DNA of 64,000 nt from Macrostomum hystrix (taxonomy: Eukaryota > Animalia > Platyhelminthes), in assembly GCA_950097015.1 (NCBI GenBank), contig CATNEN010000010.1, forward strand, positions 1,860,001 through 1,924,000. Direction: 5' to 3'. Positions 37,304 through 50,376 of the stretch are shown one piece after another. Position numbers and translations under genes: made by a program. The notes under the pieces are model-generated. The model made no database searches and was not told where the DNA came from. It saw only the letters and a list, made by a program, of their open reading frames with translations. The first letter of the stretch is position 1. Every line of letters starts with the position of its first letter.

Positions 37304-38440
37304 TCAGGTGGACGACTCGCCAATGACTGACGAGGAATCCGGGCTCGAGTGGACATTGTCCAGCGGGTTTGCGGCGCTCTTCATCCGTGCCGGCGGCTGC
37401 GGGTGCTGCATGGCTCTCAGCGGCAGCGGCCTGACCAGGTGGCTCCTCTCGGACTCGGAGGCCGACTCGGACGGCGTGCGCGGATCCGAGGTTCCCGCCG
37501 AGTTGTCCCGCGAAGCGCCGCCGGTGCCGCCGCTGCCACCTTTGCTGAACAGTCGATGATCGACGGCGAGTGGCTCTCTTGCGGCGACAGCCCGCGACCT
37601 GGCGAAGGCGGAATAGGTCAGCTGATAATGACCAGAGTCGTCGTCATCCGCTGCGTCATTGTGAAGTCCGCCTGGCGGCTGCTCCATGGAGCTGCTCTTC
37701 TGCAGCCGGCGTCGACCACCTGGAATCGCAGAGATCATTGTGGACGCCGGCGGAAGCTGCGACATTGTCGTCGACTGCATTGGCGGTGCCTGGGACGGAG
37801 GGGGCGGCGGCGGATGATGCGGCGGCGGCGGTGGCGGCGGGGGCTGCGCTGTCCGAAAGCCGTACGCAGAGGAGGATGAGGAGGACGAAGGGAACCCGGT
37901 CGGGGGTCGAACTGCCGACCTGCCCGTCTGGAAGAGACAGGATGCGCTTTTGGCGAACTTTGCCGGATGCTGCTGCTGTTGCTGCTGCTGCTGACGCAGC
38001 TGCTGATGGTGAAGCACCTGGCTGTGATGCTGCAGCGCCGGGAAGCCGGCAAGGGCCGGGAAGGTGACGGAGGCGGGAATGGCAGGCGGCGGCCGGTCGC
38101 CAAAGTACAGGGAGTGCATGGAGTCGCGCACCGTGTACTTGTCCCAGAGCAGCCGGCCGTCCTCATCCAGGGCGTAAACCTGGTGGCTGTACGGCTGCTG
38201 GTGCAGCTCGTCCAGGCTGATGGTCTGGTGCGAGCTGCGCTGCTGGCTTATGGGTACAGGCGGCAGCGGTGGCATCGTGTGCGGCTGCTGCTGCTGCTGC
38301 TCGGCATTGTGACTCTGGCGTCGCTCCTTGCAGAATGGCAGTCGAGCAGCCAGGTGGAACCAGCACAATAGGAAAATGATGAATGCGACAACAACCACGA
38401 CTGTGGGCAGGAGTACGCCGAGATAAAACAGAAGCTCCAT
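37304..38440 (-). CDS. Uncharacterised single-pass membrane protein with Pro/Gln/Ser-rich disordered tail, 378 aa
   Basis: ATG-initiated 378-aa ORF in a GC-rich island. N-terminal hydrophobic segment LLFYLGVLLPTVVVVVAFIIFLLCWFHL followed by basic residues. No recognised domain. Confidence 0.6.
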   Translation of the reverse strand: MELLFYLGVLLPTVVVVVAFIIFLLCWFHLAARLPFCKERRQSHNAEQQQQQPHTMPPLPPVPISQQRSSHQTISLDELHQQPYSHQVYALDEDGRLLWDKYTVRDSMHSLYFGDRPPPAIPASVTFPALAGFPALQHHSQVLHHQQLRQQQQQQQQHPAKFAKSASCLFQTGRSAVRPPTGFPSSSSSSSAYGFRTAQPPPPPPPPHHPPPPPPSQAPPMQSTTMSQLPPASTMISAIPGGRRRLQKSSSMEQPPGGLHNDAADDDDSGHYQLTYSAFARSRAVAAREPLAVDHRLFSKGGSGGTGGASRDNSAGTSDPRTPSESASESERSHLVRPLPLRAMQHPQPPARMKSAANPLDNVHSSPDSSSVIGESST

Positions 38441-39199
38441 CTGCCATCGCCGGGTTGCGGTGAGCCGGGCGGAGCTGGCGAGGCGAGTTCTGCTGTCCTG
38501 TGCGTCAACCGTCTCTCTTTTGCTCTCGCTTTAGCCCTGCCGGTCCGGCCCTCCGCTGTCTGAGTGGCTCCCGCAGTCCCTGATTGGCCTACAGCGGGCC
38601 ACGCCAGTAGCTCCAGCGCACTCTCACTCTCTGCCTCTCACCGCCTGCCTCCGTCCCCTCCTTCTCTTTACTTGGATCCAAGCACAGCTACAGCGAATGC
38701 AGGCTGGCCCAGTTTTAGTTCGGTCTGGTTTTTTAGCAATGGTCTGGCTGTTAAACTGTTTCTCTGCCCCCCTTCAGTGATCCTTCCTCACCCACTGAGC
38801 CTTGCCATTGTTCAGGGGGCATTGGGATAGGGATTCCTTATCCTGCAAGCTACCGCGCTGAGGCTGTCATTGGAGGTAGCTCGCGGCCCTCTAGTTGAAG
38901 GGCAGCCGTGTGTGACGCGATGGGAGAAAAATCGTGTCGGAGGATCGTGACAGCAGAGAAGCGGCGGAGGGGTCGGGAGGAGGCTGTTGGAAGTTGGGTT
39001 CCACTTCCTGCCAGGAGGTCGGGCCGTGTTTCCGTCATTTTGCAGCCGTTTTCCCTCGGTAGTAGCCCAGGAGATTCACGCCCAGTTTGTCAGTTTGTCA
39101 GTGATGAATCTGTCTTTGTTGGACACTTTTTACAGTGTGTCATTCAATGCTGCCAAGCGATCGAAAAAATGCATAAAAAGTGGTGTTAGCCGATCTAAT

Positions 39200-41250
39200 C
39201 CCGTGTTTAATATCATCCAGTGTTCCCCAAAATCCATTCTCTCAACGGTTTGAAATGGAATCCCCCAAGGGTAGATGCTCCATGATCGACAGGTGTGCGC
39301 CTCTCCCGCTGCCACTCTGGCGGACCCGGGCATGGGAATTTCTGCAGCCCAGGAATTCATCTCCATCAAGTGCCCGCCCTGCAGTCTCATTAAGCTGAGG
39401 CCCCGGGAAGATGAGACGCCGACCTGCCCGGCAGCCAAGCACTGGACGTGTGAAAATAGGGAGTCATTAGCGATGTGAAGTGAACAGCACACCTGGGCCT
39501 AGCACCACAGGACACATTGGATGGAGGATGGGGTGACAATTCACCAAAAATTCCCCCGCATCCTCAACTTCACCCCTTGCCAATTTTTTCTTCTGTTTCT
39601 TCCATCTTTGTCGCTCAAATTCACATCGTGATCGGACTGGCGCAGGGTGGCTGGTGTTAAAAGGCCCGTTGGGTGTTGAACACAGCAGCAGCAGCAGCAG
39701 CAGCAGTCTTACCGCCTCATCGCCCGCCAGGACTGCAGGGCCGTGAGCCTCCGGGAGAGAGGAAAATAGAGACAAGGGAGAAGCCAGAGCAACAAACAAA
39801 GGAGAAAGGAAGAGGCCTCTCATCACCTCCCAACTGCCAAGACTTCGGCTTTCACGCCCGAGACTGACTGAAAAGCAACTGCAGCCAGTCCACAGAGACT
39901 GCGGCACCCGAAAGTACCGCCGCCGCTGCCGGCGCCCGTGTCACTCTCTCTCTCTCTTTGAAAGCTGAGACCCGAGAAACGGACCCGCCTCTTCCTCTCT
40001 CCGTCTCTCCCAGCCAGTTGCCAAGAGTCCGTTAAAAGCCTTCAGCCTGACGGCGGCAGCAAGGTGAGTCACTTAAAACTGGAAGATCCTGCAGGCATGA
40101 CGGGAACAATGGCTGCGACACTGAAGTAACTGGCCCACTGGATCTCACCTGCCTGACTTCCCCTCCTTGCACCTCAGCACTCACACACACACACACACAC
40201 ACACACACAACTGCATTCTGGTACTAGAAGACCTGAAGTGTGACACAGGTTGAGAAGAATGCCACCGCCTGCCTTGCCAACAGACTAGCTCACACGCATA
40301 GTGGAGAGCTGAGGTGCCACATCCGCATTGCATTGCTGCCTAACTTTATTCTCACCTGCCCCTCACTCTTCTGATCCTCTTAATTGCTTGGCAAGTTTCC
40401 GATCCCAATACGAGAGCCCAGTAATGAGTACGAGAGGAATATAATGCAGTGGTGCCAAATTTTACGTATGGGAAAAGAGAACTGGGAGCTCCGGGCTTCA
40501 TGATGGGCGCTCTCCGTTTTGTTTGAAGGGAAATCAAACATTGTGTGGCCGCTGACGGGTGAATGCGGACGGGGCGGCCGCCATAGCGTCTCTGGTAGTT
40601 CCCTTGAGCACCCCCAGGTCCTTGAGTCTCTCGTCTCTCGGTTGGTTGCCGGCTAACTATTTTTTAGTCGGAGGCGCAAATTTGAGGTGAATTCCTTTGT
40701 ATAGCCAGGCATTATTGCTGTGACAAAGGTGTGACAGGCACTCATTGAGGACCTCCAAGGCATTCCAAGCCTCGTTTCGCCCGCCGGCCCTCCGAGGGAT
40801 CAATGGCGTATCAGACTTCCTGCCCGGATACCCGGTGAGGGCGGCCCGGCCTTGCTAATTGGAATTTAATTAAAATTCTTTGCCTACCTTCCACACCGCC
40901 TTTGCTGCATGCGCCCAGCAAAGTTTCAAAATAGCAGCCAGGCTGCCTGTTAGCGGTTCTCTCTATCGCGCAGCCGCGGCAATTCTTCTCGGTCGGACAA
41001 GGGTCATCATTAACTGGAAATTCGGCACAATTGCATTCAATGGCCAGCCTGCGCTGGGTTGCGCAATCGGCCACTTCCTCAGCCCCCGCTCGAGTTTTCG
41101 AACTCGGCCTCTCCAAGCCGGGAGGAAGCGGCGGGTGAAACTTTGAAACGGCTGGCCAGGTTGCTGTTTTCTAGCCAGCAAGCGGTTAAAGTGGCACGCG
41201 CAAGTTCTGCCATCTGCTCTGCGGTAACTCGAGCTTGCCAACTAGCAAAC
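39200..41250 (-). mobile_element. Highly decayed non-LTR retrotransposon (RTE-like) remnants
   Basis: Faint RT-like fragments on the minus strand: IVPNF...NCRGCAI (cf. IvP..K...NYRgIs), GVLKG, YSLLGS and RLQGGHLMEM...IP (cf. RLRWAGHV.RM). Many stops and frameshifts. Confidence 0.35.
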
Positions 41251-43284
41251 AGCTCCCACCCGGCTTTTCAGGGCATCCGGCCTTGGAATCGCCTCAAAAT
41301 GGAACAATCTCTACCCCCGCCAAGCCTGACAGTCTGGCTTGGCAACAAACCGAATTATCCCCTCCTCCATCAGAAAATCCCACAAAAAACCAACGAGGGA
41401 GCCGAGCGGAAGCCGCTATGCCCCATCAGCCTCTATTAATTCTGAGCTGCAGGGGCTGCGGAACCGCGTGGCCGTTTCTCTTCTGTTCCGCTCTGATCCC
41501 CGACCCTCAGAGATGCTCAAGGCCCTTTGAGGCCGCCGATGACAAAACTGTATTTATCGAGCGTGCCTCCCAGTGTCTGACTGAATGCGCCGGTTCTGTT
41601 CCCTAAGCTCCGCCTTGGGGACTTGGGCGAGAGGGGGTCATGAGTTTTCCCCCAGACCAAGGTTCTCCATCTCGCTTTCGCTGCCAGCCATTCAGAGCAG
41701 CTGGTTCGCGGAGGAGCAGTTCGGGGATAAATATCCTCACCCGGGGCTCACAAAAGCAAAGAGCCTGCGAGACGGTTGGAGTAGGGGGCTGCTGGGCTAT
41801 CGAAAGCGATAGGAAAAAATCCCCCAGCCAACTATTGGCACGCAAGAGCAGGAGACTCGAGGGCGCTACCGCCGCATCAGAATTCGCCGACTTTCAAATC
41901 CCAGCCGCTCCCCGCTTTCTTTCTCCCTCTGCCGATCTCCCGGCCCGGCTCCCGGTCTGTGTGTTTACCGCGCACTGGAACCCAATCCCTGTTACGTAAT
42001 CTCTTTGTTTTCCCAAGATCGCGCGGCTCGTCTGGAGGAAGATCGGGAAGGGCCGTTTGCTGATCGACAGTTTTCTCTCTGCTTTTCACTTTTTTCCCTT
42101 TGGGGAATTACGGCTGTGCGCAGGGATAAAAAAGTATTTTTCTCTCATTATGTGCGGCTCTGCATGCCAGCGGGCCAATAAAGTCTAAGTGCCTTTAATA
42201 ATGCACCAGTCAGCGTGGATGGGCGGGTCATTGGCCCGCATTTTGAGACCACTTTAGCTAATAAAATAGGTCCTCGATTGATGCACCAGACAATCTGAGA
42301 GATTATCTGAGGAGGCCGATAGTGAAACTGCGTGCTGGTGTTCAGGTGACAATGCAGTGAGGCTTTGCCTTCGCAGAAAACTAAAAAAATTACTTTGTAT
42401 TTCCGAAGAAAAAAACGAAAAGGATCCGACGAATGCATACAAGAGTATACATACATACGTTCAGACAAACAAACAAAAAATGTGTGCGACAACACAAACA
42501 AATAAAATAGTTTAAGTCACAGTTTTCTTAAATGAATTCACAGTTTTATCTTACTAAGTTGAGTGCGGGAGAAGGTGATATAAAACCATATTTTTGTTTG
42601 CCAATGACAGCGAGACAAAGCTGGGACTGCCTGATGCGGTGTGCCAGCCAGCCAGCCAGGTGTTTGTTCTGGGTGTTCTGTCCAGCCCATCCATCTGCAG
42701 AGGCAGCAGCAGCAGCAGCCAGCAGTGGTAGAATGATTACCACATAGGCGTGTGCGCGTGTGTAAATGGCTGTTTGCACAGCAGTCATTCTCAGATAACT
42801 CCGTTTAACCAACGCCAGTCCCTCTCATTTCGCCCATCTTGCTTTCAGACTTTTGCTTTTTACCCTTGTCGGAGTGAAGGTCGCTTTCTTAGAAAAAAGT
42901 TCCTGGAAACGATCTTCGGTAAATTAACTTTGTGAAAGGATCCAATCGAAAGAAAAAAAATGATGTCAGTGAAATTAGAGAGACGGAGGCAACGGGCCAG
43001 TGCACGGAATGACGGCTTTGATTGACAGCTCTATTCTGCAATATCCCTTGCAGACATTGTAGGGTTCCTTGTTTGCAAAGATATATCGTGAAAATGCTCC
43101 TCTTTCCAAGCTGAAAGAGGTCTAAATTAGAGTACAAAAGCAAAATCTTACATGGCACCTCCTCTCTTGAAATGATGTCTATGGCCAGAGTCGCGATCAC
43201 TGAGGTGGATACAGAGTCCGTGATGTAGACAGGATGTTTCTGAGGTGGACAGGATATCTCTGAGGTGGACACAGAGTCTCTTAG

Positions 43285-44585
43285 AAGTGAATAGAATGTC
43301 CCTGAGGTGAATAGAATGTCCCTGAGGTGAATAGAATCTCCCTGAGGTGAATAGAATCTCCCTGAGGTGAATAGAATGTCCCTGACGTGAATAGAATCTC
43401 CCTGAGGTGAATAGAATCTCCCTGAGGTGAATAGAATCTCCCTGAGGTGAATAGAATCTCCCTGAGGTGAATATAATGTCCCTGAGGTGAATAGAATCTC
43501 CCTGAGGTGAATAGAATCTCCCTGAGGTGAATAGAATCTCCCTGAGGTGAATAGAATCTCCCTGAGGTGAATATAATGTCCCTGAGGTGAATAGAATCTC
43601 CCGTGAGGTGAATAGAATGTCCCTGAGGTGAATAGAATCTCCCTGACGTGAATAGAATCTCCCTGAGGTGAATAGAATCTCCCTGACGTGAATAGAATCT
43701 CCCTGAGGTGAATAGAATCTCCCTGACGTGAATAGAATCTCCCTGAGGTGAATAGAATCTCCCTGAGGTGAATATAATGTCCCTGAGGTGAATATAATGT
43801 CCCTGAGGTGAATAGAATCTCCCTGACGTGAATAGAATCTCCCTGAGGTGAATAGAATCTCCCTGAGGTGAATATAATGTCCCTGAGGTGAATATAATGT
43901 CCCTGAGGTGAATAGAATCTCCCTGACGTGAATAGAATCTCCCTGAGGTGAATAGAATGTCCCTGAGGTGAATAGAATGTCCCTGAGGTGAATAGAATCT
44001 CCCTGAGGTGAATATAATGTCCCTGAGGTGAATAGAATCTCCCTGAGGTGAATATAATGTCCCTGAGGTGAATAGAATGTCCCTGAGGTGAATAGAATGT
44101 CCCTGAGGTGAATAGAATCTCCCTGAGGTGAATAGAATGTCCCTGAGGTGAATAGAATGTCCCTGAGGTGAATAGAATGTCCCTGAGGTGAATAGAATGT
44201 CCCTGAGGTGAATAGAATGTCCCTGAGGTGAATAGAATGTCCCTGAGGTGAATAGAATCTCCCTGAGGTGAATATAATGTCCCTGAGGTGAATAGAATCT
44301 CCCTGAGGTGAATAGAATCTCCCTGAGGTGAATAGAATCTCCCTGAGGTGAATAGAATGTCCCTGAGGTGAATATAATGTCCCTGAGGTGAATAGAATCT
44401 CCCTGAGGTGAATATAATGTCCTTGACGTGAATAGAATCTCCCTGACGTGAATAGAATCTCCCTGAGGTGAATATAATGTCCCTGAGGTGAACAGAATGT
44501 CCCTGAGGTGAATAGAATCTCCCTGAGGTGAATAGAATGTCCCTGAGGTGAATAGAATCTCCCTGAGGTGAATAGAAGGACTCTG
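43285..44585. repeat. 20-bp minisatellite (CCCTGAGGTGAATAGAAT(C/G)T)
   Basis: About 65 copies; accounts for the long repetitive minus-strand ORFs. Confidence 0.97.
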
Positions 44586-45120
44586 AGGTGACAAATCAAT
44601 GAAATCATGTGTGAAGCGAGTCCTGCCAACCGGTGCGGTCTCGCATTCGATGGCTGTGGCTTTCGAGTTTTTAATTTGTTCGCTGCTGAGAAGCTGCGGC
44701 ATGGAGGCCCCGGCATCAGTCATCCCGAATTCCCCACCCCAGTTCAATCTCGAACTTAATTTCCGTTCTGACAGGCCAAGCTGGGGCCGGAGGAGCCACT
44801 CGGCTGGTGGCTCGGGTGCCGGGAACCCTGGCAACCAAGGCCGCTGTCTGGTCGATCAGTCATCCGCCGAGTCCTTGCAGGGAGCCTTGAGTCCGTCCTG
44901 ACAGATTTTTCTCTTCCCAGGAGCAGATGCGCGCCGGCTGCTCGGCATGGGGAGGGATGAGGATTGCCGATCGCGGATAATCGAACCACATCTGAGGCGC
45001 GATTTCAGATTTTTTCTCCGTCTGACAGGAATTAAGTGGCATCAGATATGTCAAAGATAACAACTAATGTCACTGGCTGGGGCGAACTGGCTGGGTTTCA
45101 AATACACATAACAAACAAAA

Positions 45121-45860
45121 ATTCCTCTCTAGAAACCCCAAATCCTCTCTATAAATCCCAAATCCTCTCTAGAAACCCCAAATCCTCTCTAGAAATCCCA
45201 AATCCTCTCTAGAAACCCCAAATCCTCTCTAGAAATCCCAAATCCTCTCTAGAAATCCTAAATCCTCTCTAGAAACCCCGAATCCTCTCAAGGAACCCCA
45301 AATCCTCTCTAGAAATCCCAAATCCTCTCTAGAAATCCCAAATCCTCTCTAGAAATCCCAAATCCTCTCTAGAAACCCCGAATCCTCTCAAGGAACCCCA
45401 AATCCTCTCTAGAAACCCCAAATCCTCCCTAGAAACCCCAAATCCTCCCTAGAAACACCGAATCCTCTCAAGGAACCCCAAATCCTCTCTAGAAACCCCA
45501 AATCCTCCCTAGAAATCCCAAATCCTCTCTAGAAACCCCAAATCCTCCATAGAAATCCCAAATCCTCTCTAGAAACCCCAAATCCTCTCTAAAAATCCCA
45601 AATCCTCTCTAGAAATCCTAAATCCTCTCTAGAAACCCCGACTCCTCTCTAGAAATCTGAAATCCTTTCTCGACACCTCAAATCCTCTCAAAAAATCCAA
45701 AATCCTCTCTAGAAATCCGAAATCCTCCCTAGAAATCCGAAATCCTCTCTAGAAACCCCAAATCCTCTCAAGAAATACCAATCCCCTCAAGAAATACCAA
45801 ATCCTCTCTAGAATTCCGAAATCCTTTCTAGACACGCCAAATCCTTCCTATAAAACCCCA
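45121..45860. repeat. 20-bp minisatellite (AATCCTCTCTAGAAACCCCA)
   Basis: About 37 copies, degenerating at the 3' end. Confidence 0.95.
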
Positions 45861-46374
45861 AATTCACTATAAATATTTTTTGCCTCTTAGAGAGAGCGGG
45901 CTGTTCCTTCTATGGCTAACATTCAGCAAGCAGTTCAGTAAGCCCCTTTACTCTGTGGGCACAGATGCACATATAATCCCTATGTATTCTAGTATAACTT
46001 GAGTGCGAGCTGAAAAGAACTCAGAGAAGAATTAATGCGGATAGGCGGGTTGTGGTTGGCGATTTTTCAACTGGACCGTAAGCCCCTCACCCCGAAACTG
46101 CGCGAAAAGTATTTACGACAAGAGTGCCCTCAGAAATAATATCCCAGCACTCTCAGAAATATTCAAGTACCCTCAGAAATAGTTAAATTTTCTTAGAAAT
46201 ATCCCCTTACCCTCAGAAATATCCCCTTTACCATCATAAATACCTCCTTACTATCATAAATACCCCCTTTACCCTCTGAAACCTCCCCTCAGAAGTATCC
46301 CCTCAGACAAATTCAGCCTTCTAAGAAACATACTGGCAATCGTGGCTGAAATATCCTCAGTCTCCTCAGAGACA

Positions 46375-46480
46375 CCCCATTCCTCTCAGAAATATCCCAT
46401 TCCTCTCAGAAATATCCCATTCCTCTCAGAAATATCCCATTCCTCTCAGAAATATCCCATTCCTCTCAGGAATATCCTGA
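46375..46480. repeat. 20-bp tandem repeat (CATTCCTCTCAGAAATATCC)
   Basis: About 5 copies, at the end of a longer degenerate CCTCAGAAAT-rich tract. Confidence 0.8.
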
Positions 46481-46654
46481 TCCCATCATGACCACTCAAT
46501 TCTCATCAGAAGCACAGTTAGTTTACTCGAAAACATCCGAGTCTTTTTAGAAACATCACGAAGCAAAATCAATTCACGTGTTTCTACTTTGCATTTTCAA
46601 AAGCATTCACTTTTGCGATGTTGAACCGAAAGAATTTAAACTGTAAAAATCCGC

Positions 46655-48850
46655 CTAGTTTGCGAAGCTGCGCATGTGTTTGCGTAATCTTGCGTGGCCA
46701 AGCAGGTGCGAGGTGGCAGTTCGGTGAGAGATCATATACATGATCCAGCGGGTGAGGTGCTCGTGCGCAGCCCGGCGTTCCAGGGCTCGCCTAAAGGCTC
46801 CGAAGAGTACATCCACCCGGAGTGTGGTCCGGCGGGTCCTGAAGCGGCGCGGTCCGGGGGAAAGTGCTGGCAAGCATGATGTCCAGCGATTCGCCAGGAT
46901 TCTCAGCAAGCCGGCCGTCCGGTCTTTTGATCACTGAGAGCTTCAAAATTTTGTCAAGAGTGAGCGCTTTTACAACGCGAGAGGTTGGGCGGGCGCCCTC
47001 CCGCTCGGCGCAGTATTGGCACCAGTTTTCGGACTTCGCTTTCCTGGTGTCACGCTTAAAGTCGCGAATCGCATTCTGGTAGGCGGTCAGGTCAGCTGGG
47101 TCCAATTGCTTTTTCGCGCAATCCGCTGGAGGGATTTGGCCTTTCGCCGGAGGGTTCCAAGCGCTGGGTTCCACCAGGGAGCGGATTTTTTGCCTTTGTA
47201 GGCTTTAAGAGGGCAAGAGGTTTCATGAGCTGTCAAGATGGTCATGCTGAGTAGATCAGCCAGATCGTCCACTTCTTGACAGGTGGCAGGAACAACGGAT
47301 TCTAACTGGTTGGTCTGGCGCTTCACGGATTCCGCAAAGGCCGTCCAGTCAGTATTCCGGGCGTTCCTTTTCCACAGAATACCAGGCTTGGAGTAGGAGC
47401 TTTGCAACCGGAAACGAATGAAGCGATGGTCAGACAGAGATTCTTCTTCGTCCCACACCTGCCAGTCCCTGATCAGAGGGATCAGGCCCTGAGAGGCGAG
47501 GGTGGCGTCAAGGACCTCCGTCCATCGCCCATTGTCAAAGGTGGGTGTGCCACCCGAGTTGCAGAACTCAATATTGGTGGTGCAGATGTAGGCAAGGAGA
47601 TCCTCGCCTCTGCAGTTTGAAGTAACACTGCCCCAGTGGGTGTGGTGGGCGTTAATGTCGCCTGCCACCAGCAGCTCAAAGTCGCGGTCTGAGCAGTAGT
47701 CCACGAGGGAAGTGAGACTGGGCGGAACCGCAGGACCGTCACCAGGAATGTAGATAGAGGCGATGATGACGGTGCGGTTCGGGAGAATGTGGTTGGTTTG
47801 GATGACACAGAGGTCTTTGTCAGAGAGGTCTGGTCTATGCCAAGCTTTGAGATCGGTAGTCGCGAACACAGCAGCCCTGGGGTTTTGGGGCATGGAAAAA
47901 CAGTCAAAACCTGCAGGAATGTTCGGAATCTTACCTTTCTTCGTCCAGGGCTCCTGGAGGAGGATGATGCCCGGTTTTACGAAGTCCACCACACGCGCCA
48001 GGTTGGTCGAGGCCGCGATGCTTTGGTGCAGGTTAAGCTGCAGGAAGCTCACCCCGGAAGGGGCGGTCCGTGCGGCTACCTGCTGGCCTACGGCGAGTTG
48101 TTCAGGAGAGATTCCTCGTCCTCGCCGGTGTTTTGCCCGAGCTCCATCGGTTCCTCCTGAATCGGATCCAGAGCCGAGGCCGGGGCTGCCGCAACAGCGG
48201 CGTCCGTATCCTCAGCCCGGTTTTCCGCCGGGGGTTCCGATGAGACATTGGGCCAGGTGGTGCTGCGGTGGCGTCCTCTGTTGGGGGTCCGGCAGCTGTT
48301 TGGCGCGCTGAGTCAGGCCAGTGCGGATGGTGTTGCGGGCGGGTTTCCGGCCCTTACCACGTCCGCCTGTCGCTGCGGCTCTCGTGGCTTTGCCCCTGAT
48401 AGGATCCGCATCCCCGGAGTGGTCGTGACGGTCAGGAGTCTGTGTTCCAGGGCGCAGGGGCCCGGCAGAGCTCTGATTCGTCCGTTTCCGCTTTTCCGGG
48501 GGCGGCGGGCGAGTGGCGTCGGACTCGAAGCTGAAGATCTGCATTCGAGTGAGACCTGCATTGATGTAGGACATGTCTGGGCAGCGGAGCATCCAGCTGT
48601 CCGACAGTCCTAGAATGGTCGTGAAACCATCTCCACCAGGTCTGGTGATGGTTTCATGAACCACGACACCGTTTGCTGGCAGATCCGGGTGGATTGCCAA
48701 CAGCAGGCGGCGCAGTTCTCCGGCGTTGGTGATGGCGCTGCGAGCTGGGATCCAAACACGATGACGGTGTGTCTGGGGGCGCTCGTCCTCCCTGTAGATA
48801 AACAGGTTGCCCATTTCCGTGCCCCAGTCGAAGGTTTTTAACAGGTCCAT
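46655..48850 (-). mobile_element. Decayed APE-type non-LTR retrotransposon (Loa/R1-like): ORF1 C-terminal part, ORF2 apurinic endonuclease, partial RT; frameshifted and truncated
   Basis: ORF2 47087-48052 has LQLNL, LLQEPW, ASIYIP, GDINAHHTHWGS, LDATL and SDHRFI, then W...N...TDW and APWWN. Remnant RT domain 3 (GAFRRAL...RWIMYMISHR) lies at 46655-46909. ORF1 segment RVWIP...HPDL...TILGL resembles DUF4780 (recalled, needs HMM). Confidence 0.9.
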
Positions 48851-50027
48851 TGCACTAAAGGACAGGCTGAAACCCTCAGGACAGACAGGTCCACTGCACT
48901 AAAGGACAGGCTGAAACCCTCAGGACAGACAGGTCCATTGCACTAAAGGACAGGCTGAAACCCTCAGGACAGACAGATCCACTGCACTAAAGGACAGGCT
49001 GAAACCCTCAGGACAGACAGGTCCACTGCACTAAAGGAGAGGCTGAAACCCTCAGGACAGACAGGTCCACTGCACGAAAGGACAGGCTGAAACCCTCAGG
49101 ACAGACAGGTCCACTGCACGAAAGGACAGGCTGAAACCCTCAGGACAGACAGGTCCACTGCATGAAAGGACAGGCTGAAACCCTCAGGACAGACAGGTCC
49201 ATTGCACTAAAGGAGAGGCTGAAACCCTCAGGACAGACAGGTCCACTGCACGAAAGGACAGGCTGAAACCCTCAGGACAGACAGGTCCACTTCACTAAAG
49301 GAGAGGCTGAAACCCTCAGGACAGACAGGTCCACTGCACAAAAGGACAGGCTGAAACCCTCAGGACAGACAGGTCCACTGCATGAAAGGACAGGCTGAAA
49401 CCCTCAGGACAGACAGGTCCACTGCACTAAAGGAGAGGCTGAAACCCTCAGGACAGACAGGTCCACTGCACGAAAGGACAGGCTGAAACCCTCAGGACAG
49501 ACAGGTCCACTGCACTAAAGGAGAGGCTGAAACCCTCAGGACAGAGAGGTCCACTGCACTAAAGGAGAGGCTGAAACCCTCAGGACAGACAGGTCCACTG
49601 CACTAAAGGAGAGGCTGAAACCCTCAGGACAGACAGGTCCACTTCACTAAAGGACAGGCTGAAACCCTCAGGACAGACAGGTCCACTGCATGAAAGGACA
49701 GGCTGAAACCCTCAGGACAGACAGGTCCACTGCATGAAAGGACAGGCTGAAACCCTCAGGACAGACAGGTCCACTGCACTAAAGGACAGGCTGAAACCCT
49801 CAGGACAGACAGGTCCACTGCACTAAAGGAGAGGCTGAAACCCTCAGGACAGACAGGTCCACTGCACTAAAGGAGAGGCTGAAACCCTCAGGACAGACAG
49901 GTCCACTGCACTAAAGGAGAGGCTGAAACCCTCAGGACAGACAGGTCCACTGCACTAAAGGAGAGGCTGAAACCCTCAGGACAGACAGGTCCACTACACT
50001 AAAGGAGAGGCTGAAACCCTCAGGACA
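48843..50027. repeat. 44-bp minisatellite (AGGTCCACTGCACTAAAGGACAGGCTGAAACCCTCAGGACAGAC)
   Basis: About 27 copies, directly abutting and overlapping the 5' end of the retrotransposon ORF1 remnant. Confidence 0.97.
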
Positions 50028-50376
50028 AGGCTGCGCACAATTTGTCTGTGCTGGTGCATCGGCATTGCGTATTATTAATTAATAACTATTAATTATTCAC
50101 AGCTGGGCTAGTGGCTCGTGCAGACAGAACGCAAGTGTACATTAACTTTAGAAGTTGCACGGCTTTTATTGCAGAAATGAAGTATTTTCCGTGAAAAGAC
50201 CAGTAATATTTGACTAAACATTGGTTCCATAGCCACCTCCCCAATACCGCGATAAGCAGTGCCTTTGGGGGTAGAAACTCGAATTGCGAACGCCAAATGA
50301 GACCTAGTGAGGCAGCCTTGTAGAGAAGCGAACCCCGCCTTGAATTGAAGTTGCTAAAAACCAGTCCAGTGACGCC

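Noticed and set aside
38130-38190. YALDEDGRLLW resembling a PQQ-type beta-propeller blade
   Set aside because: A single isolated copy in a low-complexity protein; propellers need multiple blades.
43148-44834. 522- and 517-aa minus-strand ORFs
   Set aside because: Products of the 20-bp satellite, with the same peptide in several frames.
48843-50027. CRISPR-like appearance of the 44-bp and 38-bp arrays
   Set aside because: No unique spacers, no cas genes and a eukaryotic context; these are plain tandem repeats.
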